Origin: Myxococcota bacterium
GTDB taxonomy: Bacteria > Myxococcota_A > UBA796 > UBA2385
Length of the DNA: 64,000 nt
NCBI GenBank assembly: GCA_044344255.1
Contig: JBIJDH010000001.1
Coordinates: 1-64,000 of the forward strand
Reading direction: 5' to 3'
The notes beneath the pieces are model-generated. The model made no database searches. It was not told where the DNA came from and saw only the letters and a list, made by a program, of their open reading frames with translations. The position numbers were made by a program, and so were the translations under genes. Positions 8,400 to 18,771 of the stretch are shown here, piece after piece. Within the stretch, counting starts at the first letter, position 1. Each line of letters opens with the position of its first letter.

Positions 8400-8834
8400 T
8401 CAGGCCGCCGACCGGAGGCCCGCGCGGCGCCGCTCCTCGAGACGCCCGGCGGCCCAGGCCACGACCAGGTAGAGCGGCAGCTCGACATAGAGCCAGTCGG
8501 GCCCCCGGATGGTCAGCATGTTGAGGACCCCGCCGATCAGGCTGAGCCCACCCACGAGCAGGGCCAGGAGCAGCGGGCGGGAGCGCCCCACCCGCGCCGC
8601 CACCCAGCCGCCGAAGAAGGACTGACCGAGGTGGGCGGCCAACATCAACAGGAAGGCCGCGGTGGGCAGCGTACGGATGTAGGCGTTCATCTGCTCGGGG
8701 TTGTTCATGTCGGAGCCGGGCGGCATCGGGAACAGGACAATGCTGTTCAGCATGACAAGGGCCATGTTCCAGCAGGAGCCGACGAAGGCGCCGAGCAGCA
8801 CGGCGCCGAGATTTCGCAACAAGACAGCCTCCAC
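8400..8834 (-). CDS. Small integral membrane protein (about 4 TM)
   Basis: 144 aa, four hydrophobic segments, coding-like codon bias. Confidence 0.7.
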   Translation of the reverse strand: MEAVLLRNLGAVLLGAFVGSCWNMALVMLNSIVLFPMPPGSDMNNPEQMNAYIRTLPTAAFLLMLAAHLGQSFFGGWVAARVGRSRPLLLALLVGGLSLIGGVLNMLTIRGPDWLYVELPLYLVVAWAAGRLEERRRAGLRSAA

Positions 8835-8891
8835 TGAAGTCCAGATCCCAGGCCGAAGGTACCCGGACTCGCGACCGCCGACGAGGTCCGC

Positions 8892-9955
8892 TCACCGCAC
8901 CCGCTCCCCGCCCACCCACACCTGCTGGAGCGTGAGGCCGGTGAGCTCGGCGGGATCGACGGCGAGCGGGTCCTGGTCGTAGATCACGAGGTCGGCGAGC
9001 TTGCCCACGTCGAGGCTGCCGAGCTCCGCGCCCCGGCCCAGCGCGGCCGCGCCGCCGAGGGTGCCGGCCTCGACGGCGTCTTCGAGGTCGAGGTTCTGCT
9101 CACGCTGCTGGGTGGTGGCGGCCCAGACCTGGACGAGTGCGTCCGGCGCCGGCCAGACCGGCCAGTCGGTGCCGAGGGCCACGGGCACGCCCGCCTCGAC
9201 CATCCCGCGCAGGTCGTAGGCCGCCTCCATCCGCTCCGCCCCCCAGTCCTCCGCCACGTCACCGGCGCGGGTGCCGATCTCGTGCGCCGGCTGCATGCAG
9301 GCGACGATGCCGAGGGCGGCGAGGCGCGCGCGGTCTTCGGGGTCGATGAGGACGACGTGGTCAAAGACGTGGGGGAGGCGGAGCCCGCCGCGGCGGGCCG
9401 CGACGGCCTCGAAGGCGGAGAGGGAGGCGCCGTGTCGAGCGCGGCGTCGAGGCCGGAGGTGAGCCGCTCATCGTCATAATCGGCGAGCGCCACCTCGGAG
9501 ACGAGCGAGAGCGCCCCCTCGAGCAGGTAGCCCGTGGGCTCACCGGTGACGGGGTCGCGCACGATCTCGCCGTCGGGAGGGTCGGGGGTCTCCGCGGTGA
9601 TGCCGGTGCGGGCGAGGGCGACCCGGTTCACGAGCGCCGAGTGGCCGGAGTTGTCGACCAGCAGCACCGGCCGGTCGGTCACGACGGCGTCGAGCAGGCG
9701 GCCGTCTGGCTCGGCCACGAGCTCCCGCATCCAGCCGTAGCCCACGATCCAGGGCTCATCGGGCACGGTGGGGGCGTAGGCCTCCACCTTGGTGACCATC
9801 ACGCCCATCGAGGAGACGCCGAGCAGCAGCAGCCGATCGAGGACGAAGCTCCCGGCGAGGAGGTGGACGTGGCCGTCGGTGAAGCCCGGGAGCAGCGTGG
9901 AGCCCTGGAGATCGACCACCTCGGTGTCGGGGCCGATCCGCGCCGGTAGCCTGTT
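8892..9955 (-). pseudogene. Amidohydrolase-3 (YtcJ-like) pseudogene
   Basis: First frame: VVDLQG.TLLPGFTDGHVH, GHSALVN, GEPTGYLLE; frame switch near 9430 to HVFDH..., MQPAH, LGTDWPV, GSLDVGKLADLV; the N-terminus and central HAIGD region are missing. Confidence 0.8.
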
Positions 9956-10023
9956 CCTGTCGGTGGGGGACGATCCGGGATAACCGTGGCCCACCGCCCT
10001 CGAACCCGCACCCCAGGCTCCCC

Positions 10024-11202
10024 GTGACCGGGCTCCCCGACCTCGACGCCGCACCCTCGCCGCTGGTCGCGCTCCGCCGGGCCCTGCACCGCCTGCCGGA
10101 GCTGGCCTGGAAGGAGGAGCAGACCGCCCGCTGCCTCGAGGCGGCCCTGCAGGGCATCGGCCTCAACCCGCGGCGCATCGCCGGGACGGGCCTCGTGGTC
10201 GAGCTCCCCGGCCCGGCGGGGGTGCCGGCGGTGGCGCTCCGGGCCGACACCGACGCCCTGCCCGTCCACGAAGAGACGGGCCTCGCCTTCAGCTCGATTC
10301 ACCCGGGCGTCATGCACGCCTGCGGCCACGACGGGCACAGCGCGATGCTCTTCGGGGCGGCGATCCTGCTGCGCGACCGTCCACGTCCGGCGCCGATCCG
10401 CCTGCTCTGGCAGCCCGCCGAGGAGCAGGGGGGGGGCGCCGAGGCCCTGATCGCCGCCGGCGCCTTGGAGGGCGTGGGCTTCATCTTCGGGGGTCACATC
10501 GACGCCCGCTACCCCACCGGCACGCTCGTCGTCTCCGAGGGGGCGGTGAACGCCTCGACCGACACCTTCCGCCTGACGCTGCACGGTCGCGGGGCCCACG
10601 CCGCCCGCCCGCACGAGGGCACCGACACCATCGTCGCCGCGGCCGCGATCATCACCGCGCTCCAGACCCTGGTCTCGCGGGAGATCGCCCCCGGCGAGCC
10701 CGGCGTGGTCACCATTGGGCGCCTCCACGCCGGCGAGGCGCCCAACGTCATCGCCGGGAAGGCGGTGCTGGAGGGCACCCTCCGCGCCCTCCACCCGCGC
10801 ACTCGGGCCCGGCTGAAGGAGGGGCTCGACCGGGTCAGCCGCGCGGTCGCCGAGGCCCACGGGGCCCGCGCCGAGCTCGAGTCGCTCGGCAGCTCACCGG
10901 CCGTGATCAACGCCCACGGCCCCACCCTCCTCGCCCGGGAGGCTGCGGCGGAGGTGGTGGGGGCGCACCGCGTGGTGCCCCTGTCCGGCCCGAACCTCGG
11001 TGGAGAGGACTTCGCCGCCTACCTCGACCATGTGCCGGGGGCCTTCATCCGCTTCGGGGCCGGCGCCCCCGACCGGGCCCCCGAGCCCGCCCACTCGAGC
11101 CGCTTCGACTTCGACGAGGGCGCGCTGCCCGTGGGGGCGGCCTGGCTGGCTCGGGTGGCCGAGCTTGCCGGTGAGCGGCTACATCGGGACGCGCGCCCCT
11201 AA
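10024..11202 (+). CDS. M20 family amidohydrolase
   Basis: LRADTDALP, MHACGHDGH, QPAEE, GAHAARPH, GGEDF, AHS..FDFDE. Confidence 0.92.
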   Translation: MTGLPDLDAAPSPLVALRRALHRLPELAWKEEQTARCLEAALQGIGLNPRRIAGTGLVVELPGPAGVPAVALRADTDALPVHEETGLAFSSIHPGVMHACGHDGHSAMLFGAAILLRDRPRPAPIRLLWQPAEEQGGGAEALIAAGALEGVGFIFGGHIDARYPTGTLVVSEGAVNASTDTFRLTLHGRGAHAARPHEGTDTIVAAAAIITALQTLVSREIAPGEPGVVTIGRLHAGEAPNVIAGKAVLEGTLRALHPRTRARLKEGLDRVSRAVAEAHGARAELESLGSSPAVINAHGPTLLAREAAAEVVGAHRVVPLSGPNLGGEDFAAYLDHVPGAFIRFGAGAPDRAPEPAHSSRFDFDEGALPVGAAWLARVAELAGERLHRDARP

Positions 11203-11226
11203 GCCCCGAGCTCCGCCGAGGTCCCC

Positions 11227-12204
11227 GTGCTCTTCCTGCTCCTCTCCGGCTGCGGCATGCTGGCCGACCACTACGGCGCCGCCGCCGACCCCGCTGACCC
11301 CACCGAGCACATCTTCACGGTGCCCGCCGGCTCCACCGCCCGCGCCCTCGGCCCGGCCCTCGAGGCGGAGGGCCTCGTCGATGACGCCGATGACTTCGGC
11401 CTGTACGTGCGGCTCAGCAAGGAGGGCGGCTGCATCAAGGCCGGCCGCTTCAAGCTCCGGCCCGACATGGACGCGCCCACGCTCCTCCGCACCCTCTGCG
11501 GCACCCCGCTCCCCGAGGACGTGCCCTTCACCGTGGTCGAGGGCTGGCGGATCCAGGAGATCGACGCTGCCCTGGCCGCCAAGGGCTGGACCCAGCCCGG
11601 TGAATACAGCTCCCTCGCCCACAGCCCGGGCGAGTTCAAGGCCGCCTTCCCGCTGCCCGCCACCTCGCTCGAGGGCTACCTCTACCCCGAGACCTACATG
11701 GTCATCGAGGCGAAGTGGAGCACCCACGACTTCATCCAGCGGCAGCTCGACACGCTGGCCGAGCGCTTCTACACCGCCAACCAGGCGGCGATCGAGGCCG
11801 GCAAGCGCCCCTTCGGGGACCTCGTGATCATGGCCAGCATGGTCGAAAAGGAGGAGCCCACACCCTCCCAGCGCGCCATCGTCGCCGGCATCCTCTGGAA
11901 GCGCCTCGACGCCAGCTGGAACCTCGGGGTGGACGCCACGAGCCGCTACAAGCTGCCCGACTGGAACGACCGCAAGCCCTTCCTCAAGGCCCTGCGCGAC
12001 CCCAATGACCCCTACAACAGCCGCCTCCGACCGGGGCTGCCCCCCACCGCCATCGGCAACCCCGGCGTGACCGCCCTCGACGCCGCGCTGCACCCCGTCG
12101 AGAGCGACAACTGGTACTACCTCCACGACGCCAACCGGGTGATCCACCCCGCCCGGAACGAGGCGGAGCACGAGGCGAACCGGCGGACCTACAACGTGTA
12201 CTGA
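11227..12204 (+). CDS. mltG: Endolytic transglycosylase MltG
   Basis: LEGYLYPETY, ASMVEKE, PYNS...GLPPTAIGNPG. Confidence 0.9.
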   Translation: MLFLLLSGCGMLADHYGAAADPADPTEHIFTVPAGSTARALGPALEAEGLVDDADDFGLYVRLSKEGGCIKAGRFKLRPDMDAPTLLRTLCGTPLPEDVPFTVVEGWRIQEIDAALAAKGWTQPGEYSSLAHSPGEFKAAFPLPATSLEGYLYPETYMVIEAKWSTHDFIQRQLDTLAERFYTANQAAIEAGKRPFGDLVIMASMVEKEEPTPSQRAIVAGILWKRLDASWNLGVDATSRYKLPDWNDRKPFLKALRDPNDPYNSRLRPGLPPTAIGNPGVTALDAALHPVESDNWYYLHDANRVIHPARNEAEHEANRRTYNVY

Positions 12205-12267
12205 CGGCCCATCGTATCGGCCGGTCCGTCGACCGCCCGTGGACAGACCGGACGCGGAGCCAGCGCC

Positions 12268-14706
12268 ATGCGGAGCACCCACCTCGGGATCGACCTCGGC
12301 ACCACGAACTCCACCGCCGCGGCGTTTGATGGGGAGCAGATCACCCTCATCCGCAACAGCCAGGGTGGCCCGATCACACCCTCGGTGATCCGCTACGACG
12401 CGCGCGGCAACGCCACCATCGGCGTGCGGGCCCGGCGCTTCCTCGACTCCGACCCCGCCAACACCCGCACCGAGTGGAAGCGGCTGATGGGCTCGGACCA
12501 CCTCATCCCCTTCCCTGCCGCGAAGCTCAACAAGCGCCCCGAGGAGCTGGCCGCGGCCCTCCTGCGCTCGCTGCGGGACGACACCGAGCAGCAGCTCGGC
12601 TTCCCGCCCGTCACCGCGGTGATCAGCGTCCCCGCCCTCTTCGAGCTCCCGCAGACCCGCGCCACCGCCGAGGCGGCCCGGCTCGCCGGCTTCACCAAGG
12701 TGGAGATGATCCAGGAGCCGGTGGCCTCGGCCATCGCCGCCGGCTGGAGCGCCGAGGCGGACGACCCGCGGCCCTGGCTCGTCTATGACCTCGGCGGCGG
12801 CACCTTCGACGTCAGTCTGCTCGACAGCCAGGAGGGCCTGCTGCGGGTGGTCGGCCATGACGGCGACAACTTCCTCGGCGGGCGCGACTTCGACGGCGCC
12901 GTCGTCGCCTGGGCCTTGGACGCGCTCCAGCAGCAGGGCCACCGCCTCGACGCCGCCGATCCCGCCCTCCAGCCCGCGCTCCGCAAGCTCCGCCACGCCG
13001 CCGAGGAGGCCAAGATCGAGCTCTCCCGCGCCTCGGTCGCCGGGCTGCTGCTGCCGGAGCTGATCCCCGGCGTCGAGGTCGACCTCGAGCTCGACCGCGC
13101 CACCTTCGAGCGCCTCACCCTCCCCCTCGTCGATCGTTCGATCGAGGTCTGCCGCCGCCTGATGGCCGCCCACGGCGTCCGCGACGGGGGCATCGGCCAC
13201 ATCGTGCTGGTCGGCGGCCCCACCGCGATGGGCTGGCTGCGCGACCGGGTGAGCGGGGCCCTCGGCGCGGGCTTCCAGGCTGGCCTCGACCCCATGACCC
13301 TCGTGGCCCAAGGCGCCGCCATCTTCGCGGCCACCTCCGGCCTCGACGCCCGCGGGCCCCGCACGGCCGCGCCGCAGCCCGACGCGCCCCGCGGCCCCTC
13401 CGTCTGGCTCCAATACCCCTCGATGACGGCGGACCTCTCCCCCTTCGTGGTCGGCCGTCTGTCTCCGGCGGACAAGATCGCCCAGGTCCGGATCTTGGAC
13501 AGCGCGGGCAGCGAGGTCGGCCCGCCGGAGCCCGTAGAGGCCGAGGGCACCTTCGCGATCAGCGTCTCCTTGAAGCCGCGCGTCGTCAACACGCTGCAGA
13601 TCGAAGGGTCACGGGAGGGGCGCTGGATCGCCCTCTCACCGCCCACCTTGAGCATCGTCCACGGGCTGACCCTGCAAGACCCGCCCCTGTCGCGCACGGT
13701 GGGCCTCGCCCTCGCCGACAACCGGGTCCACGTCTACTTCGAGCGCGGGGCGCCCCTTCCCATCCGGCGCACCTTCACCCACAACACCGTCGAGACGGTG
13801 TCCCCCGGTGAGGACTTCGCCCTGAAGGTCCCGATCGTCCAGGGTGAATTTCGCGCCTCGCACCTCTGCCGCCTCGTGGGGGTGCTCGAGGTGCCCGCCC
13901 GCGGTCTCAAACGAAGCCTGCCGGTGGGGAGCCCGATCGAGGTCACCCTCGAGCTCGATCGCGGCGGCCGCCTCTCGGCCCGGGCCCGCCTCGAAGATGG
14001 GCTCATCTTCGAGCAGGTGGCGACCCTCATCGTGCCCCAGCTCTCGGCCGAGGCCCTCACGCAGATGGTCGCCGAGCTGCGGCCTCGCCTCCAAAAGGCG
14101 GCGATGGAGGCGAGCCGCCAGCTCGACCCCACCGCCGCGGCCCGCCTCGGGCGCGCCGAGTCCCTCCTCGAAGACGCCGCGCGCGGGATCCACCTCGGCA
14201 AGGGCGGCGACGCCGACGCCACCGAGCGCGCCCGCCGACAGCTCATCGAGGTGGACGAGGCCCTGGCCTCCGCAGAGGCCGACGCCGCCTGGCCCGCCCT
14301 CGAGGCAGAGGTGCAGATCCTGCTCGCCAACGCCGTCGTGCTCGTGGGTCGAACCGGCTCCCCGGCCGAGAAGGAGCTGCTGACCGACGCGCAGAGCCGG
14401 CTGCGCGGCGCGCTGCGGACCCGCAACCTCTCCGAGGTCGAGCGCCTCCGCACCCTCATCATCGAGCTGCGCCACAACGCCTTCATCCGCACCCCCGACG
14501 CCTGGCCCCACCTCTTCCGCACCGCGGTGAGCCACCAGGGCGACATGACCGACACCCGCAAGGCGGCGGCGCTCATCCGGCGGGGGGAGGACGAGCTACG
14601 GCGGGCCGATCTCCCCGCCCTGGAGGCCACGACGCGCGCCCTCTGGGAGCTCTGGCCCCCCGACGTCCAGGAGCGCCGTCGCAGCCACGGCTCGGGGATC
14701 CGGTGA
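12268..14706 (+). CDS. Atypical Hsp70-family protein (812 aa)
   Basis: GIDLGTTNS, VYDLGGGTFDVS, GDNFLGGRDFD, LVGGPT; insertion after the NBD and a long helical C-terminus; not canonical DnaK. Confidence 0.9.
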   Translation: MRSTHLGIDLGTTNSTAAAFDGEQITLIRNSQGGPITPSVIRYDARGNATIGVRARRFLDSDPANTRTEWKRLMGSDHLIPFPAAKLNKRPEELAAALLRSLRDDTEQQLGFPPVTAVISVPALFELPQTRATAEAARLAGFTKVEMIQEPVASAIAAGWSAEADDPRPWLVYDLGGGTFDVSLLDSQEGLLRVVGHDGDNFLGGRDFDGAVVAWALDALQQQGHRLDAADPALQPALRKLRHAAEEAKIELSRASVAGLLLPELIPGVEVDLELDRATFERLTLPLVDRSIEVCRRLMAAHGVRDGGIGHIVLVGGPTAMGWLRDRVSGALGAGFQAGLDPMTLVAQGAAIFAATSGLDARGPRTAAPQPDAPRGPSVWLQYPSMTADLSPFVVGRLSPADKIAQVRILDSAGSEVGPPEPVEAEGTFAISVSLKPRVVNTLQIEGSREGRWIALSPPTLSIVHGLTLQDPPLSRTVGLALADNRVHVYFERGAPLPIRRTFTHNTVETVSPGEDFALKVPIVQGEFRASHLCRLVGVLEVPARGLKRSLPVGSPIEVTLELDRGGRLSARARLEDGLIFEQVATLIVPQLSAEALTQMVAELRPRLQKAAMEASRQLDPTAAARLGRAESLLEDAARGIHLGKGGDADATERARRQLIEVDEALASAEADAAWPALEAEVQILLANAVVLVGRTGSPAEKELLTDAQSRLRGALRTRNLSEVERLRTLIIELRHNAFIRTPDAWPHLFRTAVSHQGDMTDTRKAAALIRRGEDELRRADLPALEATTRALWELWPPDVQERRRSHGSGIR

Positions 14707-14996
14707 GCGCCCCCGGCGGGGTCGGCGTCGGCGCCCGCTGGCGCGCCAACCCCTTCTTCGTGCTCGGGCTGCCACCCACCGCCAGCCGAGCCGAGGTCGA
14801 GCGGGCCGGCCAGAAGCTGATCGCCCAGCTCGAGCTCAGCGTCACGAGCGCGGCCACCTACACCACCCCGCTCGGCCCCGTCCCGCGCACCGCCGAAGGC
14901 GTGCGGACCGCCGTCACCCAGCTCCGAGATCCCGCCGGCCGGCTCCTCCATGAGCTCTGGGCCACGCCGATCGCCGAACCCGAGCGGGGCCGCTGA
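14703..14996 (+). CDS. Small J-domain-like protein lacking HPD
   Basis: NPFFVLGLPPTASRAEVERA and LRDP..R resemble J-domain helices I, II and IV; GTGA overlap with the Hsp70 stop. Confidence 0.6.
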   Translation: MSAPGGVGVGARWRANPFFVLGLPPTASRAEVERAGQKLIAQLELSVTSAATYTTPLGPVPRTAEGVRTAVTQLRDPAGRLLHELWATPIAEPERGR

Positions 14997-16328
14997 TTGG
15001 CGCCGGTGGGCCCCTTCCTCGCCCTGGCCATCGCCGCCTGGGGCCAGGCCATCCAGCGGAGGAGCCAGCAGGGCCTGCCGACGCCCGAGTGGTGCCTCTA
15101 CGACTTCGGCTTCGCCGCGCTCCTCCGCGTGGTGCTCATCCCGCTCCAGCTCATCTTCTTGTGGGGCGCGCTCGCCGAGTGGCCCTGGCACTTCACCCTC
15201 GGCGGGGTCGCGGCTCACCTTGGCCTCGGGCTCTTCAACTTCCCCGGCCCCACCCTCACCCTGCTCGGCCGGTATGGCCCACCCCGCCTCGCGGTCTTCG
15301 TGACCCGCCTCCTGGTCCCCTGGCGGGCTCGCTCCTGCCCGAGGGAGGTCGGGGTGCTCTCGGTCTTGGAGTCGGGTCGGGCGATCGACGCCCGGCTCCT
15401 GGACTCCCTCGAGCGCGAGCTCGACCGGGCCCGCAACCCCACGCCCCTGCGGGTCTACGCCTGGGCCCGGCTGGCCGCGCTCCGGGGGCGCCAGGCCGAC
15501 GCCCTCGCCCTGCTCCACCTCTCGGCCCGCCTGCCCGCCCTGCTCGACACCGTCGAGGCCCGCGCCCGCGCCCGCGGCGACCTCCAGGCCCAGGCGGAGG
15601 CCATCGGCGACCGCTGGGCGGTGGCACGCTGGGGCACCGAGCCCGGCATCCGCAAGAGCCCGCCGGATCCGGCCAGCCGGGCGCGCGCCGACCGCGCCGA
15701 CCGCCCCGTCCCCGTGCGCGAGCCCTCGGCCAGCCCGCCGGATCACGCTCCAGGGGCGGCGCTGCCCCACGCGCTCCGCTGCCACCGCGACCTCCTCCGC
15801 CCGCGGGCCGTGGACCCCGCCGCCCTCGCCGCGGCGGCGCAGGCCTGGGACGTCGCCCTCACGGAGCCCCACCTCGAAGGGATGCGCCGCGACGTGATCG
15901 ACGACCTCGCCGCCTGCACCCGCGCGCTCGGGGGCCGGCTGCCCTTGGAGGCGGCCGGCGAGGTGCTCCGAGAAGCACGACGGCGGGCGGTCGCGGCCAC
16001 GCACGAGGCCGTCGACAACGCCCTGGCCTCGCTCCGCGACCAGCAGATGGCGCCGATGGGCCTGGGCCGCCGCGAGCTCTGGACCGCCGCCGCGCGCCTC
16101 GTCGCCGAGGGCGATCGGCTCTGCCAGATCGGAGACCGCACCGACCAGCGCTTGCTCCACGACCAGACCTACCGGCCCTTGATCTCCGTCGCCAACACCG
16201 CCTTCAACGTGGGCAAGCAGCGCCTGCTCGGGCACGTTCTCATGGCCTGGCAGTATGACCTCGCCCTGCGGGTGGCCGATCCGCGCGCCGTCGAGCTCCT
16301 CGCCAAGAACCTGCTCGTGACCATCTGA
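14997..16328 (+). CDS. Hypothetical protein, N-terminal membrane segments plus helical domain
   Basis: 443-aa ORF directly after the J-like gene; hydrophobic N-terminus; start uncertain (TTG 14997 or GTG 15006). Confidence 0.6.
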   Translation: MAPVGPFLALAIAAWGQAIQRRSQQGLPTPEWCLYDFGFAALLRVVLIPLQLIFLWGALAEWPWHFTLGGVAAHLGLGLFNFPGPTLTLLGRYGPPRLAVFVTRLLVPWRARSCPREVGVLSVLESGRAIDARLLDSLERELDRARNPTPLRVYAWARLAALRGRQADALALLHLSARLPALLDTVEARARARGDLQAQAEAIGDRWAVARWGTEPGIRKSPPDPASRARADRADRPVPVREPSASPPDHAPGAALPHALRCHRDLLRPRAVDPAALAAAAQAWDVALTEPHLEGMRRDVIDDLAACTRALGGRLPLEAAGEVLREARRRAVAATHEAVDNALASLRDQQMAPMGLGRRELWTAAARLVAEGDRLCQIGDRTDQRLLHDQTYRPLISVANTAFNVGKQRLLGHVLMAWQYDLALRVADPRAVELLAKNLLVTI

Positions 16329-16411
16329 CCGGCGGGATCCCTCCGCCGAGCGAGCCCACCGATCCGTCCGCGCTGGCCGGAGATGGGCCGGCCGGCTTAG
16401 CCGGAGAGACC

Positions 16412-17647
16412 ATGCAGCTCGACGTCTTCTTCTCGATCAGCCAGACCCCGGTGGCCGGGTACACCCCCGACGAAGCCACCATGCTGCGCAACTTCTTCGA
16501 GCAGGTGCGGGCCGCCGACGCGCTGGGCTACGGAACGGCCTGGGTGGCAGAGGCCCATCTCTCCACCGAGGTGCAGCAGCGCCACCCCCGAGCGGTCGTC
16601 CCCCACTGGAAGGGGGAGATCGGCCTCAACACCGATCTGTTCCAGCTCGCCCACCACGTCTTCCGCCAGACCCGCCAGATCGAGGTCGGCAGCGCGGTCA
16701 CGAACCTGCTCTGTAACGGCGGGCCCGTCGCCCGCGCCGAGCAGGTGGCGGCCTTCGCGGCGCTGCACGGCCTCGATCCCGCCGAGCGCCGCCGCCTGCG
16801 CTTCGGCTTCTCGGCGGGGCGCTTCGAGTTCATGAACCGGGCCTACGGGATCAACCCGCGCGACGCCCTCGAGGCCGCCGCCTGGCCGGTGCTGCGGGGC
16901 CACATCTTCGCCGAGGCCTGCGAGGTCTTCCTCCGCTTGCTCAACGGCGAGGCCATCGCCGGCACCGACGGCCGAGAGACCTTCCTCGAACGCCCTCAGT
17001 TCCGCAGCGACGCCGACTGGGCCGCCGTCCAGGCGGCGGCCGGAGAGGCTGGCCACCGCGCCCTCGACCGCATTCGCGTCCCCCACCGCTACGACTTCGA
17101 GGTGCTGCGGATCGTGCCGCGGGAGTGGCGCCAGGAGCTGGTCGACCTCCTGATCGGCAGCCATGACCCCGCCCTCCAGGTCGAGGTCAACCGCTGGCGG
17201 CCCGTCAAGGTCTTCAACCTCTCGATCACCCCGCCGGCCGTCATCGACAGCACCCACGCCCGGATGAAGGCCGCCTTTCACCCCGCCGGCGGCACCTGGG
17301 CGCGCGGCCACATGCCGCGGACGGTGATGGTGTTCTTGAACGAGCAGGCCGGACTCCACCCCGCCTCGCGCCGCGCGCGGGCCCGTGAGGAGGCCACCCG
17401 CGCGCTCTCCGCCTACTGGTCGGCCCTCGAAGGCACGCTCGACCCCGCCAAGGTCGCCGAGGCCACGCACAACGCGGTGGTCGGCGACGCCCACGAGGTG
17501 GCCGCACAGATCTGCGAGCGCTTCCACCCCGATGACACCGTCATGCTCTGGTTCGACTTCTTCAACCACGACAGCGCGCGGGTCATCGAAGACATGACCG
17601 CCTTCCAGGAGAAGGTGATGCCGCTCGTCTTGGAGCGCCGCCCATGA
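16412..17647 (+). CDS. LLM class flavin-dependent oxidoreductase
   Basis: ADALGYGTAWVAEAH, IEVGSAV, RAEQVA, VVGDAHEVA. Confidence 0.85.
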   Translation: MQLDVFFSISQTPVAGYTPDEATMLRNFFEQVRAADALGYGTAWVAEAHLSTEVQQRHPRAVVPHWKGEIGLNTDLFQLAHHVFRQTRQIEVGSAVTNLLCNGGPVARAEQVAAFAALHGLDPAERRRLRFGFSAGRFEFMNRAYGINPRDALEAAAWPVLRGHIFAEACEVFLRLLNGEAIAGTDGRETFLERPQFRSDADWAAVQAAAGEAGHRALDRIRVPHRYDFEVLRIVPREWRQELVDLLIGSHDPALQVEVNRWRPVKVFNLSITPPAVIDSTHARMKAAFHPAGGTWARGHMPRTVMVFLNEQAGLHPASRRARAREEATRALSAYWSALEGTLDPAKVAEATHNAVVGDAHEVAAQICERFHPDDTVMLWFDFFNHDSARVIEDMTAFQEKVMPLVLERRP

Positions 17648-18771
17648 CCGTCCGCCACCTCACCATCCCCGAGCCCGCCGCAGGGCGCTTCCCGACGAGC
17701 CCCCTCGGCGACCGCGAGGCCGGCATCCCGACTGGCCGCGACGTGCCCTGGGAGCCCCTCGTCGACTACCGCCGCGCCGGCGTGAGCGAGACCACGATCC
17801 ACGGGGCCATCGCCTGGGCCCACGGCGGCGAGGTCATCCACGCCTTCGGCGGCGACGTGCTCTGTTACGGGCGGAGCATGATGAAGCCCCTGATGGTGAA
17901 GGCCCTGGCCGGCGTGCTCGCCGACTGTACGGACTGGACCCAGAAGGCGATCAGCGTCAGCAGCCACAACGGCACGCCCGAGCACATCCAGGCCGCCCAG
18001 TCGCTCCTGCACAAGGACGAGTGGGGCATGATGCAGACCCCCCTCGACGTGCCGTTGATCCAGTTTGGACGCCAGGTGCGACGCCCACGCCGCTGGTATC
18101 ACTGCTGCTCGGGCGAGCACGCCGCCATCCTCAAGGCGAGCCGCCTGCTCGGCTGGCCGCGCGCCGGCTACATGCTGCCGCAGCACCCCTTCTTCCAGGC
18201 CTATCTCGCCGTGCTGCGGCGCTTCCTCGGCGAGAGCTGGGAGCCCGTGCGGGTGGCGCGCGACGGCTGTGGCCTGCCCACCTCCTCGAACACGGTGAGC
18301 GAGCTCGCGGTGCTCTTCAGTCAGCTCGCCCAGACCCGGCACGAGGACTGGATCTGGGAGGCCATGACCCGCCACCCTGACCTCGTCGGCGGCTTCAACC
18401 GCCTCGACAGCAGCATCCTCAAGGCCGGGGAGGGCCGGGTGCTGGCGAAGGAGGGCGCGGACGGCCTGCTCGGTCTGTCCATCATTCACGATGACTATCC
18501 GCTCGGTCTCGGCGTCGTCATCAAGATCGCCCACGGCTGGAACCCGCAGGCGACCTGGTACATCGCCCGCTCTATCCTCGGTGTGCTCGGCTTCTCGCTG
18601 CGCAACCCCTACGCGCTGCACCGCCAGAAGGCCTTCCTGGTGCCGGGCGTGGTGCCGCCGCGCCACCTCGAGGCCCTCGAGGCCATCCCCACCTGGGACG
18701 AGTGGGATCCCGATCGGGAGCGCTACGGCTACGACTGGAGCCCCTACGCGCCGCGCTTCACCGGGGCCTGA
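17644..18771 (+). CDS. Asparaginase II (Rhizobium etli-type, class 3) family protein
   Basis: RSMMKP, SSHNG, HCCSGEHA, DGCGLP, AKEGADG; ATGA overlap with the LLM gene. Confidence 0.8.
   Translation: MTVRHLTIPEPAAGRFPTSPLGDREAGIPTGRDVPWEPLVDYRRAGVSETTIHGAIAWAHGGEVIHAFGGDVLCYGRSMMKPLMVKALAGVLADCTDWTQKAISVSSHNGTPEHIQAAQSLLHKDEWGMMQTPLDVPLIQFGRQVRRPRRWYHCCSGEHAAILKASRLLGWPRAGYMLPQHPFFQAYLAVLRRFLGESWEPVRVARDGCGLPTSSNTVSELAVLFSQLAQTRHEDWIWEAMTRHPDLVGGFNRLDSSILKAGEGRVLAKEGADGLLGLSIIHDDYPLGLGVVIKIAHGWNPQATWYIARSILGVLGFSLRNPYALHRQKAFLVPGVVPPRHLEALEAIPTWDEWDPDRERYGYDWSPYAPRFTGA

Noticed and set aside
5681..8488. 935-aa minus-strand ORF
   Set aside because: Antisense to the kinase fusion gene; no recognisable motifs
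14994..14999. In-frame TGA between the J-like ORF and the next ORF as possible Sec or readthrough
   Set aside because: No redox motif or Cys-equivalent context and no convincing hairpin; adjacent start codons explain it
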